From assembly GCF_017427765.1 (NCBI RefSeq), contig NZ_JAFRSC010000010.1, positions 998 through 64,997 on the forward strand: 64,000 nt of DNA, given 5' to 3'. Position 1 is the stretch's first letter; each line of letters opens with the position of its first letter. This document shows positions 59,301-64,000 of the stretch, one piece after another. The notes under the pieces are model-generated. The model did no database searches, was not told the DNA's origin, and saw only the letters and a program-made list of their open reading frames with translations. The stretch comes from Methanobrevibacter sp. GTDB taxonomy: Archaea > Methanobacteriota > Methanobacteria > Methanobacteriales > Methanobacteriaceae. A program made the translations under genes and the position numbers.

Positions 59301-62277
59301 AAACGGCAATAGGATTAAAGGCGACTTTATAAACAACACTGCCCAATCCTGTGGTGGGGGAATGTTTTTCTACTTCACAACCGATAAAAACAACTTCTCA
59401 GGCAGTTTCATCAACAACAGTGCTTTAGGTCTGCTTGATCCGACAGTCGGAAACGGAGGGGCAATAACATTCAAGAACGTATCCACCAACAGCATTTTCA
59501 CTTGTGATTTCATTAACAACACTGCAAACCTGAACGGTGGAGGCGTAAACTACCGTGAAAGTCCTTCCAACATCACATTCAACTCTAACTTCATAAACAA
59601 CACTTCCCCTACCGGCGGAGGAGTCAATTTCTTTGAAACATTCGAGAATGTCGTATTCAATGGAGAGTTCATCGGCAACTCAGCAGATAAAGGTGGTGCA
59701 ATCGCCACTGTAGATGGAATCATCAGGAATGTTTCATTCAAGGCCAATCATGCTGAAGATGAGGGTGGAGCAGTTTATTTCAAAGGATCCGCTGTGGTTG
59801 AGAATTGTAATTTCACTAACAACACTGCAGACTATGGTGGTGCGGTTTACATTTTTGGCACTGGTGAAGTGAGGGATTGTGTTTTTATTAATAACACTGG
59901 TTTTGAATTTGCTGGCGCTTTAATGATGATTTACGGTACTGTGAGTGATTCCAGTTTCACCGGCAACACTGCACACATTGGCGGAGCTGTCAGAATCAAC
60001 GGTGAAGCTACTGTGACAAGGTGTAATTTCACTGACAACACTGCAACATTGGAAGGTGGTGCAGTCTACTTAGGCTCCCCAGGTAATGTGACATTCTCCA
60101 ATTTCATCGGCAACAAAGCAACCGGCGACGGTGTTGGGGGCGGAGCAGTCCTCTTATATGAGGGAGGCAATGTATCATATTCCAATTTCACCAATAACCA
60201 TGTATCCACTGATGGTGGAGCGGTTCACTTCTATGATAATGGTACTCTAGGCGATTGTAACTTCTATGATAATGAGGCTGGAGTTACTGGTGGTGCGGTT
60301 TACTTCTATAATGATGGTACAGTTTCAAACTCTAATTTCATCGGCAATGAAGCGAATGGTGAGAAAAGTTCTGGTGGAGCAATTTGCTTTGATGAGGCAG
60401 GAAATGTTATAAATTCTATTTTCAAAGCCAACAAGGCAAGCGGTGTTGGCAGTATGGGAGGTGCTGTCTTAATTGAAAATTCCGGTAATGTGACCAACTG
60501 CAGGTTTGAAGATAACTCCGCAGAATTTGGTGGAGCTGTCTCATCTGACAGGACCGTTAATATCGCTGATTGTAATTTCACAGCCAACCGTGCATCAGTA
60601 GAGGGCGGTGCTTTCTATACTGGTTCCTGCAATATTGAAAATTCCAATTTCACCAACAACATTGCAAGTAATGGGAGATACAGTGGTGATGGTGGTGCTG
60701 TTTACATCAACGGCAATGCCACTGTGGTAAATTGTGATTTCATAGGCAATGAGGCCGGTGTAGGTTCTGCAATTTACTTCTGGAATCTCCACGAATCCAA
60801 ACACGTCAGGTCCATTTCCCACTCCACATTCCTGAACAATAAGGCAAATATGGATTCTATAGCCCCATTTACTTTAACAGTCAATGGAACTAATATTGAA
60901 ATTGCTTTCCATGGTAACAATAACCTTTTTAATGCAATATTGTCCAGACTGAAAGGGGATGTCAATGTCACAAACGTTACCTACTGGGGAGCAAGCGGTA
61001 TTGAGAACACTGGTGATTCCACTATTGTGCCTGTCATGTTATATACACAAGCCGGCCAGAACGTTACTGTTAGGGGTGTTGTCGACGGTGTTGAAGTCAA
61101 TATAACTAGAAGCACTGACGCTGAGGGTAAAATAGTCCTTGAAAATGTCAGAGAGTATAATATAACCGTAAGCCACGATGAGGATTCATACTACTTCTCT
61201 GGAAAAACATTTTTCACAAGCAGGCAGTTAAGCTTAAACATGACTGATATCACAACCAACGACTTTACAGTCAACATAACTGCAAAATCTGACATATTTG
61301 AAGAGTATATGTCTGGTGAAATGATTTTCAGGGTTGACGGTCAAGAACTCTACGCAAGTTATGCAGGTAATGGAACCTGGTGGGCAATGCACACATTTGA
61401 TGATTTCGGCACTTACAAGGTCAGCGCATTATTCAACGGACCATACAATGTAATCGTCCGCAATGGAACTATAGTCGTAAATAAAATCAAAACAGAAATA
61501 ACTGGATCTGCAATAACTGCCACATATAATGTGAACAAATATCTTGTAATCACATTAAAGGACGGTACCGGCAAGGCTTTAAGCGGCGTTAAGGTGACTG
61601 TTAACTTGAACGGTGCTAAAACCTACACTACCGACAGTAACGGTCAGATTAAGGTTTCCACTAAAGGGCTTGCTCCTAAAGCATACACTGCCAAGGTAGC
61701 ATTCAACGGAGATGCCGTTTATGACAAGTCCGCTAAGGATATTAAAGTCACCGTTAAGAAGGCCACTCCTAAACTGACTGCCAAAAAGAAAACCTTTAAA
61801 ACCAGTGTCAAAACCAAAAAGTACACTATTACATTAAAGGACAATACCGGCAAGGCAATCAAGAAGGCTAAAGTCACCCTGAAAGTCAAAGGCAAAACCT
61901 ACAAGGCCACTACCAACAGTAAAGGTAAGGCTACCTTCAAGATTACCAAACTCAACAAGAAAGGAACCTTCAAGGCAACAATAACCTATAAAGGAAACAA
62001 GTACTACAACAAGGTATCTAAAAAAGCCAATATCAAGGTTATTGTAACCTTCAAGACAGTGTCCAAAGGAAGCAAGGACAAGTCAACCGTTAAGGAAATC
62101 CAGCAGGCTTTAAAAAATAAAGGTTACTATTTAACTTATCAAGGCCATTACTTGAAAGTGGATGGTAAGTTCGGTAGCTGCACATTCAGGTCCGTTAAGG
62201 AGTTCCAGCATGACAATGGTCTTAAGGTGACTGGTAAGGTTGATGAGAAGACTGCTAAAAAACTTGGAATAATTTAA
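56395..62277 (+). CDS. Giant adhesin-like protein (many GGAVYF/NCNFxNN repeats, Ig-like domains, C-terminal peptidoglycan-binding domain)
   Basis: Signal peptide; Pmp-like repeats; 'VKEIQQAL...VDGKFG..T..SVKEFQ..NGL.VTGKVD..T.KKL'. Confidence 0.9.
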   Translation: MKIKKRIILLTLVIFLLSLANAYASEMDDTLASEDASQIEVSSTVEDTLQASETLEQTDDNGAELKSTDEDELSSSGEFGELQKLIDDASDKSTINLERNYTYTIGVDNITEGIIISKNLTINGNGFAIDAQGKSRILNIKNGTNVVLNNIIFTNGYVKGYGGAILSNGTVNIVGSTFTNNTAAGVDGFGGAVFFNAKGSVENCNFKANAAQADGGAVYLVNESTIKNCNFIDNNATGKDSGYGGAVLVQQKGTIENCNFINNAASFSGGAVSMLSGNVTNCSFAGNTASKWAGALTMGSGNLRDCNFTDNAAEYGAGAVNLHRGNVTNCIFTNNAAEDNGGAMAMISGNVTDSIFTANTGYDGGAVYFDTSGTVENCNFSANNATSYGSAVRMSSGSVSNSNFTSNMGDHGAVNLGSGNVDNCNFVNNTASNDGGAVYIYKNGAVSNCNFTNNTAKNGNAIFISKGNISGCDFRNNYISEGAIHSVTGNVTLSNNILDVNDVMQSNNFTHVQNLINKADSGDTIFIDGSYYGFGIPIRITKSLTLIGTNNATLDARKLSKIFYITADNVTLKNMCFTNGYSQNGGAVYFNRTGIVENCNFINNTANEDGGAVYFNCSGTVENCNFTNNRANYAWGGAVFFKNQGTVKNCNFINNTASELGGAVYFVGNGEVINCNFTNNTVSIDGGAVFFNENATGNVTYCNFINNTASVDGGAVCFWSIGNVANCNFADNSASHGGAVNLGSGNVANCNFINNTASEEGGAVYFADNSEVTNCIFTNNTARVGGAMRIYSGNVTDSIFTANTAGYGGAVYFDYNGAAENCNFTANTAEYGGAVYFDEDSANIMNCNFINNNASSSGGAVNMHNGNVADCNFTGNTADSYSGGAVVMDSGNVINSIFTANKAARTGGAIYVGAQSTNNNFSGQFYNNQAGQSGGAIFFRNSVENNTFDGIFKDNTAGYGAGMFFYNDANGNRIKGDFINNTAQSCGGGMFFYFTTDKNNFSGSFINNSALGLLDPTVGNGGAITFKNVSTNSIFTCDFINNTANLNGGGVNYRESPSNITFNSNFINNTSPTGGGVNFFETFENVVFNGEFIGNSADKGGAIATVDGIIRNVSFKANHAEDEGGAVYFKGSAVVENCNFTNNTADYGGAVYIFGTGEVRDCVFINNTGFEFAGALMMIYGTVSDSSFTGNTAHIGGAVRINGEATVTRCNFTDNTATLEGGAVYLGSPGNVTFSNFIGNKATGDGVGGGAVLLYEGGNVSYSNFTNNHVSTDGGAVHFYDNGTLGDCNFYDNEAGVTGGAVYFYNDGTVSNSNFIGNEANGEKSSGGAICFDEAGNVINSIFKANKASGVGSMGGAVLIENSGNVTNCRFEDNSAEFGGAVSSDRTVNIADCNFTANRASVEGGAFYTGSCNIENSNFTNNIASNGRYSGDGGAVYINGNATVVNCDFIGNEAGVGSAIYFWNLHESKHVRSISHSTFLNNKANMDSIAPFTLTVNGTNIEIAFHGNNNLFNAILSRLKGDVNVTNVTYWGASGIENTGDSTIVPVMLYTQAGQNVTVRGVVDGVEVNITRSTDAEGKIVLENVREYNITVSHDEDSYYFSGKTFFTSRQLSLNMTDITTNDFTVNITAKSDIFEEYMSGEMIFRVDGQELYASYAGNGTWWAMHTFDDFGTYKVSALFNGPYNVIVRNGTIVVNKIKTEITGSAITATYNVNKYLVITLKDGTGKALSGVKVTVNLNGAKTYTTDSNGQIKVSTKGLAPKAYTAKVAFNGDAVYDKSAKDIKVTVKKATPKLTAKKKTFKTSVKTKKYTITLKDNTGKAIKKAKVTLKVKGKTYKATTNSKGKATFKITKLNKKGTFKATITYKGNKYYNKVSKKANIKVIVTFKTVSKGSKDKSTVKEIQQALKNKGYYLTYQGHYLKVDGKFGSCTFRSVKEFQHDNGLKVTGKVDEKTAKKLGII

Positions 62278-62577
62278 ATAAGGATTTTAATTCCTTATTT
62301 TCTTCTCTTTTTTTAAAACTAATTTTCCGCACAATATTGTCTTCAAGATAATTCAATCATCAATCATTTTAATAAAAATAATTTTCATAACATTTATTTT
62401 TAGGCAATGTTTTTTACATTAACGCCAAAGGTATGGAAAATCTATTTTCTTTGAAGTTCTGCATATATATCATCTACTTTTCAAATTCAAATTTCAATTA
62501 ACAAATGGCAGCCGTTAATGTTAATATTACTTTTTTTATTATATTATTTATATAAATAAGATAATAAAATATTATTT

Positions 62578-62997
62578 ATGACATTAATAAAAGAATTGCA
62601 AATCAATATTGCAATGAGCAATTACACTCAAAGAAGCAGTAGCTATTCAGCCAACTATGATTATCTATACTTGGATAACTTAATGGATAGTTCTTACGCT
62701 ACTTTATTCAGAAATGACTTGAAAAATCTAAAGATTAAAACAAAAGATGGAAATTCATGTCAGTTACTTTACCTTCCAAGTTATGGATCTCAAGCTGCAG
62801 CTATACTTGCAAGAATTCCTGCAAGTAAAATTTCACAAACAACAAAGCTGATCCTTGAAGTTCATGACACAACATTTTCAAGCACATTAACGCCAGTTTA
62901 TCTGCCTTTCATGTTAGGGTGGTGGGAGTCTTGTCTGTTGGTAATATGTTTTTTTCATTTTTTAGGGAGGTCTATAATTATCAGTTTTGATATCTAA
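62578..62997 (+). CDS. Hypothetical protein, possibly a truncated remnant
   Basis: 139-aa ORF with protein-like N-terminal 100 aa and an atypical tail; no clear RBS. Confidence 0.35.
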   Translation: MTLIKELQINIAMSNYTQRSSSYSANYDYLYLDNLMDSSYATLFRNDLKNLKIKTKDGNSCQLLYLPSYGSQAAAILARIPASKISQTTKLILEVHDTTFSSTLTPVYLPFMLGWWESCLLVICFFHFLGRSIIISFDI

Positions 62998-63170
62998 CGT
63001 TTTCAAAATTGGTTTTGGATTATAGTATACATTTTACTATTTTTCTGCCCATCATAATTAAGTTCCATAGTCAACTCGATAAGTTTATTTTATCAGTTTT
63101 TGATATTAAGGTTTCCAAAAACGACTTGTGTTATTGCATTGCTAAAGTATTATATATGTGGGTATTAATT

Positions 63171-63314
63171 AAATAGCTATTAATTATATATAACTTAAAA
63201 ATTAAATTATTAATTAATTAAAATTATTTTGGAGAGAGAGTTTATGAAAACTCATGCGATAGTTGTGGTACTTTCATCTCTACAATACTTTTTTTAAGAT
63301 TTATAATAATTAAA
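63171..63314 (+). repeat. Dispersed promoter-RBS-micro-ORF/hairpin unit, copy 3 (ORF 63244-63297)
   Basis: GGAGAGAGAG RBS; same 17-codon ORF as copy 2. Confidence 0.75.
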
Positions 63315-63410
63315 TATTTTTAATTGCCATAATCGGCTATTGTTTATATAACTGAAGATATTTTTATAAATTTCTAGCTACATATTATTAATCACTGTGA
63401 GGTGAGTTGT

Positions 63411-63857
63411 ATGGCTAGTTTAAATTTTGATGATGATCGTTTGAAGAGCACTCCCTTTTTTTATTTCATTAACTACATTAATGTGCTTCACGACAATTTC
63501 TTAAAAGAGAATTTCAAGGATATCACTCCCAGGGATTTCACTTATCTCTCAAATATTTTCTATCATGAAAACATATCCCAAAAGGAATTGGCAGTTCTGC
63601 TTTATGTTTCAGAAGCTAATGTTGCTCAAATCGTTAAAAGACTGGAAAAAAGTGGTTATGTTAAACGCGAATTTTTAAAAGATGATAATGGTAAAAAATC
63701 TCTTAGTTTAACTGATGAAGGTGAGTCCATTTTTAATTTTCTTTTAAACATGATTAATGAAGGGGAATCAGAAATTTTTAAAGATTACTCTGATGAAGAC
63801 AAAATGAAATTCAAAGAAATGCTATATGTCTTTTGTGAAGGTGCAGCGGAATACTGA
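63411..63857 (+). CDS. MarR-family transcriptional regulator
   Basis: 'ISQKELA.LL.VSEANV.QIVKRLEKSGYVKR', 'LTDEG'; GAGGTGA RBS before ATG 63411. Confidence 0.9.
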   Translation: MASLNFDDDRLKSTPFFYFINYINVLHDNFLKENFKDITPRDFTYLSNIFYHENISQKELAVLLYVSEANVAQIVKRLEKSGYVKREFLKDDNGKKSLSLTDEGESIFNFLLNMINEGESEIFKDYSDEDKMKFKEMLYVFCEGAAEY

Positions 63858-63894
63858 TAAAACTTAAATATTCATGAACCAAAAAATAATATTA

Positions 63895-63913
63895 TACTTA
63901 AGATACTTAAGTA
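63895..63913. promoter_or_regulatory. 19-bp inverted repeat, candidate MarR operator
   Basis: TACTTAAG-ata-CTTAAGTA between marR and the next gene. Confidence 0.55.
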
Positions 63914-63938
63914 GATTATTACTTAAAAGGTGAAAATC

Positions 63939-64000
63939 ATGGCTGACAAAGAAAAAACTATTGAAGTATTGCAAGCTATTGTAACTGGATTGTCTGCAAA
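63939..64000 (+). CDS. Partial CDS running off the window (MADKEKTIEVLQAIVTGLSA..., possibly ferritin-like)
   Basis: AGGTGA RBS then ATG; only 20 codons visible. Confidence 0.5.
   Translation, partial: MADKEKTIEVLQAIVTGLSA

Noticed and set aside
56900-60800. Dense GGTGGTGCAGTT repeats as a DGR or phase-variation cassette
   Set aside because: Ordinary coding beta-helix repeats; no reverse transcriptase, template repeat or invertase in the window

Overview
AT-rich archaeal DNA typical of a gut/rumen Methanobrevibacter (Methanobacteriales): rpl15e, an archaeal histone, methanogenesis marker 8 and many adhesin-like proteins. Layout: (1) 0.8-23.3 kb, a block of adhesin-like beta-helix surface proteins interrupted by a tocopherol-cyclase-like/prenol-kinase pair and a 2TM-2TM-LytTR-DUF3021 operon; (2) 23.4-33 kb, rpl15e, a C-terminally extended histone, assorted enzymes and tRNA-Gln(CTG); (3) 33.4-41.5 kb, a sulfur-relay/cofactor cluster (fdhD remnant, thiF/moeB, larE-like, GMC oxidoreductase, thiS/moaD, DUF2099, moaE, cytX) sharing a palindromic operator-like motif; (4) 41.6-52 kb, an NrpR-boxed nitrogen cluster (glnK, amtB, glnA, split glutamate synthase with a circularly permuted FrhB-like subunit, and a KaiC-like/PPDK_N protein); (5) 52-64 kb, an ABC pseudogene, a degenerate IS630, a giant adhesin with a peptidoglycan-binding tail and marR. 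Most notable signals missing from the ORF track: a three-copy promoter-RBS-micro-ORF/hairpin unit (MKTHAIVVVLSSLQYFF), ~52-bp IS200/IS605-derived mini palindromic elements, a multi-hairpin RNA candidate upstream of larE, and several genes that seem to start at ATA/ATT/ATC. All protein family calls are from motif recognition by eye, not database searches.
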